Notes: a model not told the origin generated them from the letters alone. A stretch of 64,000 nucleotides of DNA from Candidatus Foliamicus sp. (GCA_965261845.1 OZ253475.1:2790152-2854151), one strand, 5' to 3'; shown: positions 51,418-60,741, counted from the stretch's first letter. Numbers and translations are program-made.

Positions 51418-52324
51418 TCGTTACCTCGCGCAGGTTCGCCTGCTGGTGGACGTGCTGCCGGACGTTGCGGCGGAATCCGCATTCGCACTCAAGGGAGGCA
51501 CGGCCATCAACCTGTTCTACCGGGAAATGCCGAGGCTGTCGATCGATATCGACCTCACTTGGCTTCCGATCAGTGACCGTTCTTCGTCGCTCAGGGAAAT
51601 GGATAGCGCACTGGACCGCATCGCCACTTCGATCGTCAGACGCAACCGCGGGATTAGCGCGAGGCGCGCGAGTGGCGGTGGGCACAGCGACACGCGGATA
51701 TTGGTGACGCGGGGCCGGGTGCAGATCAAGATCGAGACCTCGCCGGTGGCACGGGGCGCGGTGTTCCCGCCACGGAGAATGGTGGCGTCCGAGTTCGTGA
51801 CGGAACAGTTTGGATTCGTTGAGATGAAGGTGCTGGCCTTCGAGGACCTTTTTGCCGGCAAGCTCGTTGCTGCGCTCGACCGCCAACATCCGCGCGACCT
51901 GTTCGACGTCAAGCTGCTTTACGAGCACGAGGGGCTCACCGACGATCTGTTCCGTGTATTCATGGTGTATGTGGCGAGTTCCCGTCGGCCGATGCACGAA
52001 CTGCTGGCGCCGGCCTTGCCGTCAAGAGCTGACTGGTACGATGCGGAGTTTGCAGGCATGGCTCGGGATCCTGTATCCCAGGAAGCGCTGTTGGAGACAG
52101 GGCGCCGTCTGCATGCGGATGTAGGGCCAAGATTGACAGGCAGGATCGCCACCCTTCTGCTCTCTCTCCACGATGCCGAGCCGGATTTCGGATTGATCGG
52201 GCTGCCCGAGGCTGCGGAATTGCCGGCTGTTCATTGGAAACTGCTCAACCTGGAGAGGCTGAGGCGGGCGGATCCTCAAAAGCATGCAGAACAGCGAGGT
52301 GCACTGGAACAGCTATTGCGATAA
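51410..52324 (+). CDS. abiEii: AbiEii/AbiGii nucleotidyltransferase toxin (DUF1814)
   Basis: 304 aa. FALKGGTAINLFYREMPRLSIDIDL.. and ..LAFEDLFAGKLVAALDRQHPRDLFD are signature motifs. Confidence 0.8.
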   Translation: MIDRYLAQVRLLVDVLPDVAAESAFALKGGTAINLFYREMPRLSIDIDLTWLPISDRSSSLREMDSALDRIATSIVRRNRGISARRASGGGHSDTRILVTRGRVQIKIETSPVARGAVFPPRRMVASEFVTEQFGFVEMKVLAFEDLFAGKLVAALDRQHPRDLFDVKLLYEHEGLTDDLFRVFMVYVASSRRPMHELLAPALPSRADWYDAEFAGMARDPVSQEALLETGRRLHADVGPRLTGRIATLLLSLHDAEPDFGLIGLPEAAELPAVHWKLLNLERLRRADPQKHAEQRGALEQLLR

Positions 52325-52604
52325 AGGGAGGTTGTGATCGAAGGTTGGCGGAATGCCAAACACCGCCGTTTGAGTCCGACCGCCTATCGGCACAACCCTA
52401 AGGGGGGCATTTGGGAGTTCCAGCAGTGGTGCGACGCGGAGAATAACGTTTCTTAAATCCTGTAAGAGAACCTTATCGGGTTTGGGACCGCAATCCGAAT
52501 CGGGGTTCTTGGATGTTGGCGGATATCCTCCACTGGCGGACGCGACCCAGAGGGCAACGCCAATGTGGACCAGGAAATGGCAGGAAGCTAGAATCCGTCC
52601 CGCC

Positions 52605-52970
52605 ATGACGAAACTGAAGGACATCCTTAAGAAGGTCGACCTGAAGGAAAGCGCGTCGCCTGGAGCCAAGACGGAGCGCGATGCGTCGCAAATTATTGCT
52701 GATAACGCGCAATCGCGCTCGCGAGCGGACGAGATCGCCAACCAACACGTACGTTGGCCTGAAAACCTCGATTTTGAGATTCCCGAGGAAGGGAAACTCC
52801 CGTTTATCGGGGGGACGCTGCGTGACATTCGCGATACGCTCAAGAGTCAGAAGAGGGCGGGCAAATTGATGCTGTGGATAGCCGTCGCGACCCTGCTACT
52901 GGTCGCCATACAGTTCGCCTTGAACACCTGGCTTGACTGGGATCAGCTTTCGGCTATCTGGGCGGATTGA
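52605..52970 (+). CDS. Hypothetical C-terminally membrane-anchored protein
   Basis: ~121 aa from MTKLKDILKK. One C-terminal TM (LMLWIAVATLLLVAIQFAL). Lower-GC region. Confidence 0.35.
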   Translation: MTKLKDILKKVDLKESASPGAKTERDASQIIADNAQSRSRADEIANQHVRWPENLDFEIPEEGKLPFIGGTLRDIRDTLKSQKRAGKLMLWIAVATLLLVAIQFALNTWLDWDQLSAIWAD

Positions 52971-52986
52971 TTTAGCGCAAAGAACC

Positions 52987-53331
52987 TCATCCAATGTCCG
53001 CAGGGTAATCGGGGATCTCCGTCTCTATCAGCCTGAGCTGCAATTCGATTGCTGCCCGAAAGGCATCAACAACCCGACACCATTCAGGTTCCTCAATACC
53101 GGCTTCCTGCAGCATGGCTTGGATTCTCCCCGTGCTGGTGACTTCTTCCTCCAGCGCGCCGCGCACGGTCTTGAAGAAGGCAAGCACTTCCGCATCGTTC
53201 AGGCGCTGGGTCGCAAGAAGGCCATTGACCAGGGCATGCAGCACGACGGCGCGGCCTGCCCGATACGCAGCCTGTGCAGCCCATACGTGTCGGATCGTCA
53301 CGGTCGCACCAATCGCCATCCATTTGCTCAC
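52987..53331 (-). CDS. Hypothetical protein
   Basis: 114 aa, last ORF of the minus-strand cargo block. No recognisable motif. Confidence 0.35.
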   Translation of the reverse strand: MSKWMAIGATVTIRHVWAAQAAYRAGRAVVLHALVNGLLATQRLNDAEVLAFFKTVRGALEEEVTSTGRIQAMLQEAGIEEPEWCRVVDAFRAAIELQLRLIETEIPDYPADIG

Positions 53332-53498
53332 ATCGTAGGTAACTCCGAGCTGACGTGCAGCTCGTAAATGAGACCTAATTGGACAGAATTGCCAAAAGAG
53401 ACTGGAATTGCCTCAAGAACGGAAATTTAGGGGCCTTTGAGCTAGAAAAATCCCTGTCGCCGGAAGTGACAAAATCCTGCGCCTCCGGCTTTCTCGAT

Positions 53499-55034
53499 TC
53501 AGCGACCAAAGACGATGTCCTCCCACACGGGAACTTGCTTCGAGCGGAGTCGCTTTAAGATGGCCAAGCGACAGATTGCTTGGCCTTCCTTCAGGACCAC
53601 GGTATCGGCTTTCTTCACGCGGCCCGCATGAATCACGCCCGACGCGGAGGAGTAGACCTTTTTGAGAACATCAAACCGTTGCCGTCTTTCGGAGCGATTG
53701 CGGCCCGTATACCAGGCGCCATTAGTTGCAAGGCGGAAGGTCAGTTCCGTTCTATTGCCTCTAGGTAGAAACAGCGCCTCCAGGGCTGTCCTGAGAAAAA
53801 CCAGGCGGTCCGCGTTATCTGGACGGCGCGCCTTTGATTTCAGCCAGTAGTGCAGGGCGGTCTCGACATCGTCGGGCAGCTTGCATAATTCGGGCAGAAG
53901 CCGGGTGGCTTTCTTGAGGTCATCTTCCGTCAACGTCGGCTCCGTTGCTGTGCGGGGGGGCGGTTCGCCACTGCCCGAATAGGCGGAGCTGTTTCGCTGG
54001 CCGAAATGGGCGTGGTCGCCATAGTCGGTCCAGATCACGGGTGTTTCCACCGCGACATCGCAGACGAGGGACAGCGCGCGCTTGAGCTGATCGATGCCTC
54101 CGGCTGGCAAAGGCCAACTTACTTCCATTTTGGCCAAGGGTCTCCAGGACACGATGGCTGGACGGCCAGTTTGCTCGGCATCATTGGTGGGCATTGAGAG
54201 GACAGGAGCGATCTTGCAAGGAACACGGAGCACCGTGCGGTCCAGAAAATCCGTTAGCGGGACGCCATAACCGGTGGGCAGCCAGTACTCGAGGTGCTTG
54301 CTCTTGCGTGGCAGTCGTTCCACAGATAGGCCGCTTGCAAGGGCAAAGGATTTTGCTGCATTGAGCCGTCCAAGAAGGATCCGAGTCTCGAACGCGAGCG
54401 GTGAGCCGCGCGCCCAGCGAAGCACCTTGCTTGCCGTGCGTTGGGGAGTACCGAGGCAAGCGTCAACGAGAAGGTAACGCCATAGGCTTGCCGATGTCGA
54501 GACTCCGATGGATTTGCGCGGCGAATTTCGCTGCTCTATCGGACAACCGTAGCCGCCGACAACCGGGTCGAGGGCGTGGCCGACATGTCCGTCGAACAGG
54601 ATTCCGAGGTCATCCAGCAGTGCCTCGAATATTGATAGGCGCGCTGGGTTTTCGATACCGTTGGGGAGTGGTGCCACGTGGATGTCAGAATCAAACATTT
54701 TCCGCTTCCAGCCACCTGATTGATGCAGCGCCAAAAGGCCGAGTGCGTCGAGTTCTTTCTCCAAGGTTTTCTTGAGCGTTATAGCGGTGCTGCCACCGTA
54801 GGGGGTTGGCCGGAACTCGACATCGCCACGCGCGAATTGCGTCAAGGAAAAGCGTGCGGAGCGCAGCTCGGCGTAAAGAAGCGACGCGAGCACCAACCCC
54901 CTTTTTCTGTCGTCGGCTGTTCCCAGCGGAGTGTGTCGCTTACGCTCCATAGCGGCTAATGCCCGGCCTTCCCGACTGTGGATGATATCGGGAAGAGGGC
55001 TCGCTTTCCAATCTTGTCTAGACCGTCTAGACAC
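53499..55034 (-). CDS. Uncharacterised 511-aa protein with an Apea-like-HEPN-like C-terminal domain
   Basis: The C-terminal ~120 aa LRTALEALFLPRGNRTELTFRLATNGAWYTGRNRSERRQRFDVLKKVYSSASGVIHAG follow the pattern (..alEsL...e..elt.rla.r.A.l......eR..i...lk..Y..RS.ivHG). Ala replaces the motif Arg. The N-terminal 380 aa are unrecognised. Confidence 0.6.
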   Translation of the reverse strand: MSRRSRQDWKASPLPDIIHSREGRALAAMERKRHTPLGTADDRKRGLVLASLLYAELRSARFSLTQFARGDVEFRPTPYGGSTAITLKKTLEKELDALGLLALHQSGGWKRKMFDSDIHVAPLPNGIENPARLSIFEALLDDLGILFDGHVGHALDPVVGGYGCPIEQRNSPRKSIGVSTSASLWRYLLVDACLGTPQRTASKVLRWARGSPLAFETRILLGRLNAAKSFALASGLSVERLPRKSKHLEYWLPTGYGVPLTDFLDRTVLRVPCKIAPVLSMPTNDAEQTGRPAIVSWRPLAKMEVSWPLPAGGIDQLKRALSLVCDVAVETPVIWTDYGDHAHFGQRNSSAYSGSGEPPPRTATEPTLTEDDLKKATRLLPELCKLPDDVETALHYWLKSKARRPDNADRLVFLRTALEALFLPRGNRTELTFRLATNGAWYTGRNRSERRQRFDVLKKVYSSASGVIHAGRVKKADTVVLKEGQAICRLAILKRLRSKQVPVWEDIVFGR

Positions 55035-55205
55035 CCTTATACTTCGGGGCCGGATCAGAATGACTACTGTTACCTACTGTTATTACGGATATTTTCATCT
55101 TGAACAAATTCTTTATCCAACGATTTTGCCAACGCTTATGCCGGTTGCACCAACCTTCCGGTCCCTTCAGGCACCTGGAATGCCAAAGGGTTCCCGGAGT
55201 CTTTA

Positions 55206-55541
55206 TCAGAACGGCCAGTTGGCCTCGGGCTGCGCCGTCTGGTACTTCGCTCCGACAAAAGGTGGATTGCCGAAGACGAAGGAGCAATCATCGGGTGGAA
55301 GCAATCCCGACCAGTCCGTCTCCAGCGCGTCGCCGTGAAGGATGTGTGGCGACTTCGCGAGGGAAATTCGGACATAGGACTGGCCGAATTCCAGACTCAG
55401 CCGAATGTTCATGATGTGATCCATCATCCACAACGCGGTTTCCGCGATGCGAGACGGGAACTCGCCAAGCTCGATTCCATAGAACTGGTCCACATCCACG
55501 ATCGATAGGTCCGACGCCAATGCGTCCATCTGTCTTCCCAT
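55206..55541 (-). pseudogene. Fragment of an N6-adenine DNA methyltransferase (MmeI / type IIL-like), truncated at both ends
   Basis: QFYGIELGEFPSRIAETALWMMDH...LHGDALETDW.....FVFGNPPFVGAKYQT contains motif IV (NPPF). Motif I (upstream) and the TRD (downstream) are missing. Confidence 0.6.
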
Positions 55542-55592
55542 CTATGGGCATTTAGTCGGCTGGGCCAGCCTCGAATTCCAAGGGACTGTCAT

Positions 55593-57002
55593 TCAAAGGT
55601 CTCTCAGGGTGTCCTCGATACTTGCCAGTTCCTCATCAATCTGTTCGCAGATATGACAGAAGTGGTTCGCAAGTGTTTCGTGTTCCTGCAAGATTGACCC
55701 CACAAATTCTTGCGCGTCCCGCCCCGATGCATGGCCTTTTTGCTTCGTGCGAACCAACTGGGCCGTTCGTAAGCCATCTAGTCGAACTGGCTCATCATGC
55801 TCGTTCACATTGTTAAGGATCTTCTCAAGTAACACAATGCTTCCTTCCTGCTTATCAAACGGTACGGTTCGTTCAGCCAATACCTTGCGCAACGGCCTTA
55901 TGACGAATCCCTCATGTACCAGTTTTGTTAGATCCAGAAAGGCTTCAGCCCATTCATCGCGACTTGAAGTGTGAGGCACGCAAGCGCGGACCATTGTTTG
56001 CTCGTCGCGCGGGCGCCACCACGAAGGTGGGTCTTTGTTCCACTTTCGGACTCTCGACCGAATCTGACTCAAAGGGTCAATGAAAGAAGTCCACCGTCCC
56101 TGAAAGTCATGTTCTAGCGCTCTTCTTGAAATGGGCGCCTTGGGTTTCTCATTGAAGGATTGCCAATAGAGCTGTTCAGAATACGGCAGTTTCCGTAAGT
56201 CGCAAATATAGGCATGAACCTGTCCTGCAGCGTTTGTATCGAAGCGGCGCAAGTGCCACGCTCCGCGGCAGGAGATATTACGATCACGGATCTTATACTT
56301 GTCGCGGTCGGCTTTGTATTTCAGTAATACGTCTGGCCTAAAGAAAGCTGGCGAAAGTTCAAAAGGAAGCTCGTTCTCATTCGCAGCAAAATAGTTGGTA
56401 GTTGCACCCGGCGCGACTGAGATTGTGACCACCCGATTGTTACGCCAGTCATGTGTGATGAATTCTGCATACTGTCTCTGGTCTCTTCCAAGCCAAGAAT
56501 CCTGCTTAGAAGAGAGAATTGCTGCCTTGCTACGGCTAGGACGGACGATTAGAACACCTCTGGTGTATGCGGCTGGGCCAAAAACATTTTGCCGATAGAA
56601 GAGATCATCAGACTCGACGATCAATTGGCCTGGCCCATCTCCCCATAACGGCGGAAGAGGACGATCGAACAGCGTGAAATCGAAAAGCAGCACGAGTAGC
56701 TGACTTGAAGCGGCCAGATACACTTCAAGTGATTCTCGTTTGAAAGATACTAGACATACCTTGTCTTCACTACGCATTGTTATGGAGACTACGTGTTCAA
56801 CGTCGCCATGATCGTCAAACCTGCAATAGCTTCCATGCTCGGGTTTCCAGTGAAGATTCTCAAGATGTGAATACTCCTGCAGCAGCTCGAAGTAGTCGCT
56901 GTCGCCACCATTCGAGTCCTCAAAGGTGCGTCCATATACAAGCTGTTTTCCCCTTTCCAATATCTGGGAACCCGCGAAGTCGCCACATCGTTCGATCCAC
57001 AT
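55593..57002 (-). CDS. Uncharacterised 469-aa protein (lower GC), with a C-terminal helical region carrying an R-x5-H motif
   Basis: Long intact ORF with a codon usage distinct from the neighbours. No family was recognised by eye. LRTAQLVRTKQKGHASG near the C-terminus is compatible with HEPN but not diagnostic. Confidence 0.55.
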   Translation of the reverse strand: MWIERCGDFAGSQILERGKQLVYGRTFEDSNGGDSDYFELLQEYSHLENLHWKPEHGSYCRFDDHGDVEHVVSITMRSEDKVCLVSFKRESLEVYLAASSQLLVLLFDFTLFDRPLPPLWGDGPGQLIVESDDLFYRQNVFGPAAYTRGVLIVRPSRSKAAILSSKQDSWLGRDQRQYAEFITHDWRNNRVVTISVAPGATTNYFAANENELPFELSPAFFRPDVLLKYKADRDKYKIRDRNISCRGAWHLRRFDTNAAGQVHAYICDLRKLPYSEQLYWQSFNEKPKAPISRRALEHDFQGRWTSFIDPLSQIRSRVRKWNKDPPSWWRPRDEQTMVRACVPHTSSRDEWAEAFLDLTKLVHEGFVIRPLRKVLAERTVPFDKQEGSIVLLEKILNNVNEHDEPVRLDGLRTAQLVRTKQKGHASGRDAQEFVGSILQEHETLANHFCHICEQIDEELASIEDTLRDL

Positions 57003-57057
57003 TCCTTCGCGGCCCCCGCCGGATACATAGCTAGCAGCATGGCCAAATGGAGTGCAA

Positions 57058-58636
57058 TTCCATGCTAGGAGCTTGCGCCGTAGGATAGTTCTTTGGGGTC
57101 GTTAGCGGATTCGCCCCCGTCTGGGAGTGGATTCACTTTTCCCCAAGCATTTTTCGGGGTCGTGCGCCAGGAATCCGGCGGATCGGGCCGCTCCGCGCGG
57201 CTCATTGGCCTGGTGAGCAGGCCCAGTGGGGCTGATTTCCCTCGCTTCACGCCGCCTGAAGCCCCGGCATCCGCTTGATGTTGAGCGCCAGACACACCAG
57301 GGCCCACTCGCCCCGAACCTTGCGCAGACCGCGCACACTGAACTGCCGAAAACCCATCGACTGCTTGATCCAGCCGTTGGGCGCCTCCGAAAGCCACTTG
57401 CGCCGGGCATACTGCGCGCGGCCTTCCTCACCCGCCAGCTTCTCCGCCATGCGCGCTTTGGCCGGATGCGCCACGGCGTCGGCGTCGGCCGCTTTCTTGC
57501 CCTCCCGGCCCAGGGCCACGCAGCCGTCCACGCCCCGATCCTCCAAGGCCGACAAATCCCGCTCGTTGCAATACCCCGCGTCCGCCAACACCCGCTCCGG
57601 AACCGCCCCATACGCTGCCTTCACCTCGTCCAGGCGCGGCAGCAACTGGCCCTGGTCGCTGGCGTTCGCCGTCACCTCCGCCGCCACAATCAACTGATGC
57701 GCATCATCCACCGCCAACTGCGCGTTGTAACACTGCTGAAAACCCTCCGATGACGTCTTCATGATCCGGCTCTGGGGATCCGTGAAGTTGCTCTGCGCCT
57801 TATCATCCGGCTCCCCGTATTCGCGCTTGTACGGCCGGCCGCCCTTCGGGTTCCGCTTCAGGCCCGGTACGCGCCCGCGCGCATCGTCCTTCTCCCGCTG
57901 AACCGCCTCCAAACGCGCCTTCGCCTCGCGGATCGCCTTGAGACGGTCTTTGCGCCGCTTCAACTCCGAAGGCATCTCATCGCCCCGAACGTCCACCCCA
58001 AAACGCTCGTCCTCTGCCGCGTCCACCGCGCCCGCACGGCCCACCAGCGCCTCAATCTCCGCCTCAAGGCGCTTCTCCTCGGCAACCATCCGCCCATAGC
58101 TCATCGCCTTGCGCTTGGAGGCGTTCGCTCGAACCTTCGTCCCGTCAATCGACAACGTCCCAAAACGCGCCGCGCCCACCAAACCCGCCAGGCGAACCAC
58201 CTCCACAAACAAACGCTTGAAATCGTCCAGATGACGGCGCCGAAACTCGCAAATCGTCCGGTGAGAAGGAAAGTTGCCGGCCGCCAACACACGAAACGCC
58301 ACGTCCTCCTCCAGCTTGCGAGCCAAAGCCCGCGAGGAAAACACGCCCGTGGCATACCCGTATATCAACACCTTCAGCATCATCAAAGGCGCATACGGCG
58401 ACTTGCGACGCCCATCGCCCTCATACGGCGCGTAAAACACCCCCAAGTCCAGACCGTCCACCAGGTCGCTCACGTGATGCGCCAAATGACCCGCCGGCAG
58501 CCAGTCCTGCAAAGCCGGCGGCATCAACAGCATCTGTTCCGGATCATACGGGCGAAACGTCGTCGGCATATCTTCAAACCCTTGGCCTTACACTTCCCCC
58601 ATTATCGCCGTTCCTACGGCGCAAGCTTGCATGGAA
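57058..58636 (-). mobile_element. IS1182-family insertion sequence (~1.58 kb)
   Basis: Inverted repeats TTCCATGC(TAGG)AGCTTGCGCCGTAGGA at 57058-57085 and the reverse complement at 58612-58636. Single transposase gene. Confidence 0.75.
57247..58569 (-). CDS. IS1182-family transposase
   Basis: 440 aa. FRPYDPEQMLLMPPALQDWLPAGHLAHHVSDLVDGLDL..YAPLMMLKVLIYGYATGVFSSRALARKLEEDVAFRVLA.. is typical of the IS1182 N-terminus. C-terminal DDE with ADAGY. Confidence 0.85.
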   Translation of the reverse strand: MPTTFRPYDPEQMLLMPPALQDWLPAGHLAHHVSDLVDGLDLGVFYAPYEGDGRRKSPYAPLMMLKVLIYGYATGVFSSRALARKLEEDVAFRVLAAGNFPSHRTICEFRRRHLDDFKRLFVEVVRLAGLVGAARFGTLSIDGTKVRANASKRKAMSYGRMVAEEKRLEAEIEALVGRAGAVDAAEDERFGVDVRGDEMPSELKRRKDRLKAIREAKARLEAVQREKDDARGRVPGLKRNPKGGRPYKREYGEPDDKAQSNFTDPQSRIMKTSSEGFQQCYNAQLAVDDAHQLIVAAEVTANASDQGQLLPRLDEVKAAYGAVPERVLADAGYCNERDLSALEDRGVDGCVALGREGKKAADADAVAHPAKARMAEKLAGEEGRAQYARRKWLSEAPNGWIKQSMGFRQFSVRGLRKVRGEWALVCLALNIKRMPGLQAA

Positions 58637-58949
58637 CAAATTGTAAATCATTGATACTAAAGGAATAAAATTTTTGGGTTTTACACAGGTCAAGGTGGGC
58701 AACTCCAGCGCTTGTTCCCTGCGGCCAGCGCCGCGGGAACCGTGGTGAACACTCCTAGGCAAATACAGGATGATGGATGCTATGTGTCAGCAAGGGTATC
58801 CGTCACGCTATCAGTATCAATTGCGCCTAACAAGGATGCCCCGAAAGCCATAAGGAAATTCTCGATAAAGTGTGCAAGCATTTCGCAAAACAATTGCTGC
58901 CAACCCCTCAAGAATACAAACGGATCTACTCACGATTAGCAGAGAAAAG

Positions 58950-59114
58950 ATGACCAAGAAACTAGTCGCCTACTTGCTGGCGGCGGTACCATTCGTAACA
59001 GTAGCAGTTGCAGACGATGAATCCACAGAAGATACCCAAGAAGTCGTAGAAGAAGTCCTAGAAGAGGCCTTCAAAGGGGCGATGATGAATCAACCCGGGT
59101 TTACCGGAGGCTGA
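58950..59114 (+). pseudogene. Small secreted acidic protein ORF, with its 3' end replaced by the IS3 terminus
   Basis: MTKKLVAYLLAAVPFVTVAVADDESTEDTQEVVEEVLEE.. is a signal peptide. The last 9 codons and the stop lie inside the IS3 inverted repeat that begins at 59086. Confidence 0.35.
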
Positions 59115-59700
59115 TTAGTTTGAGTCAAGCCGCCATGGCCGACACTTCCAGTTTCCGATAATACTCGCCCTCTTTCTCCACCGGTGGCATGTCGGCGATC
59201 GGTTCGAGCAAGCGTCGATGATTGAACCAGTCGACCCACTTTAGCGTCGACAGCTCCACCGATTCAAGATGGTGCCAGGGGCCGCGCAGGCGGATAATTC
59301 CGGTCACGGTGGCGCCTGGCAGAACTCGGTGTGACTGTCGATCGACTCGGCAAGATGCCGGGCATGGTTTTGTATTTCGAGAAGATGGATTGGTTGCTGC
59401 CAATCGAATCGGTCACGAACCACGGGCCGGTGGAAGCAAAACGCCACAACGCCTGGCCAACCTGTTCTCTGAGGCGCGCCCCGGTTTCGTTTACATCACA
59501 GACTTTCCAGATCGCGGAGTGATGGGCCGATATCTCGTGGACATCTCCTGGGAGAAGGAAGTGTGGTGCGCGGATGCGCCCACTCATGTCATTCACTTTG
59601 AGGGTGAACGCTTTCTGGGACCTTATGAGCGGGCTGATAGCTGAGGAGTTGCCGGGCGTCGGGGCGTCACTACGCCATGCTGTCAACCGGCAATCAACTT
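59086..59700 (-). mobile_element. Second IS3-family fragment. It holds the right IR plus a degenerate, frameshifted 3' half of orfB, and is inverted relative to the 23-kb fragment.
   Basis: Reading inward from 59086, TGAATCAACCCGGGTTTACCGGAGGCT matches the IRL at 23032 in 24 of 27 positions. The orfB C-terminus GPWHHLESVELSTLKWVDWFNHRRLLEPIADMPPVEKEGEYY ends at 59125. Upstream orfB-like motifs (IWKVCDV.., VTDSIGSNQS) are in another frame. Confidence 0.7.
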
Positions 59701-60083
59701 TGCGCCGAAGCCGCATGCCGGATTGAAACCTGCGAATCCCGGGCGTTCTTTGTGATCTGGTCGCATTCGTCCTGCCGTCCCTCGCGGATCATTTCGTCGC
59801 GTTTGAGCGTGGAGATCAGATAGACGCCGCGATAGATGCGCTCGACCTGGGCGACGATCTCCGGCGGGAGCTGCGGAGGATTCTGAGTGAGCGTGCCAGC
59901 GGTGAGGCTGACCGCGGCGTGGCGCACGAACTCCGCGGCCGTCATTCCGCGTGCCATGGCTTCCTTTTCGATGCAAGCCCACTCGGAATCGGAGAACCGG
60001 ATGGAGCGCGGCACTCGCGGCTGGGGCTGTTTTCCGGCGGGATTCTGGTCGGACTTTGCAGTTTCGGACTCGTTTTCGTTCAT
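59694..60083 (-). CDS. Ribbon-helix-helix (CopG/MobC-like) DNA-binding protein
   Basis: RSIRFSDSEWACIEKEAMARGMTAAEFVRHAAVS is a classical RHH strand-helix-helix. The start is either MNENESE (60083) or the track ATG at 60107. Confidence 0.65.
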   Translation of the reverse strand: MNENESETAKSDQNPAGKQPQPRVPRSIRFSDSEWACIEKEAMARGMTAAEFVRHAAVSLTAGTLTQNPPQLPPEIVAQVERIYRGVYLISTLKRDEMIREGRQDECDQITKNARDSQVSIRHAASAQS

Positions 60084-60179
60084 GAGCTTATCTCCAAAGC
60101 GCTGCATTCGATGGCCCCAGAACCGCCGTGATCGTCACAGCCGAGGGCTTGCCACTGTCTTTCCGAGGTCCATTTCCTT

Positions 60180-60296
60180 GTATGCCATCAGCATACATAT
60201 AGGATCGGCCCTTGAAGGAAACGTATGCTGTAAGCATACGCCATTCCGCAAGTCCTTGGAGCACAGGGAAATCCCCGCGTATGCTCCAGAGCATAC
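60180..60296. promoter_or_regulatory. Three copies of the palindrome GTATGC-N5/6-GCATAC upstream of the RHH gene
   Basis: GTATGCCATCAGCATAC (60180-60196), GTATGCTGTAAGCATAC (60223-60239) and GTATGCTCCAGAGCATAC (60279-60296). They lie in a 634-bp non-coding gap. Confidence 0.6.
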
Positions 60297-60741
60297 GCTC
60301 GGCCCATCAACGCCGAGGCGTTCCAAATCGCTGAGATCGCACAGCACTGCGGGACAGGCGCGCGCATGGCACACACCGCAGAGGAACTGCGTGGGGTGTG
60401 AAAACCGAGCCGCCTCCGGCGTCGAGAAGAGCACCGGGAGGCGGCATTCATGATGAGTAAATCGTCGCCGGAGAAGTCGGCGGGAGGGAGCCGTGGCGGC
60501 GAATGAGCGGCGGGAAGTGCGGACACTACCGCGGGCGGTCGTGCCTGGCACGCTGCCGGAGACGGCGGCGGATCGGTCCGCAGTGGTCCGAACACCGGCG
60601 CGCGGCGAAGCCGTCACTGGCGGCATGTCAGGCACGACGCTGGATTGGGCGCAACGTCGCGGCGGCGGGGCTGCCGGCTTCGACCAAAAAGAAGCGGGCC
60701 GCGCCGCCGGAGAGCGACGCGACCCGCGGGGTCGTTGCGGA

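Noticed and set aside
60410-60444. Inverted repeat CCGCCTCC..N19..GGGAGGCGG followed (on the minus strand) by GGTTTTC, considered as a terminator.
   Set aside because: The loop is far too long for a typical intrinsic terminator, the T-run is short, and the site is 300 nt from the nearest stop codon.
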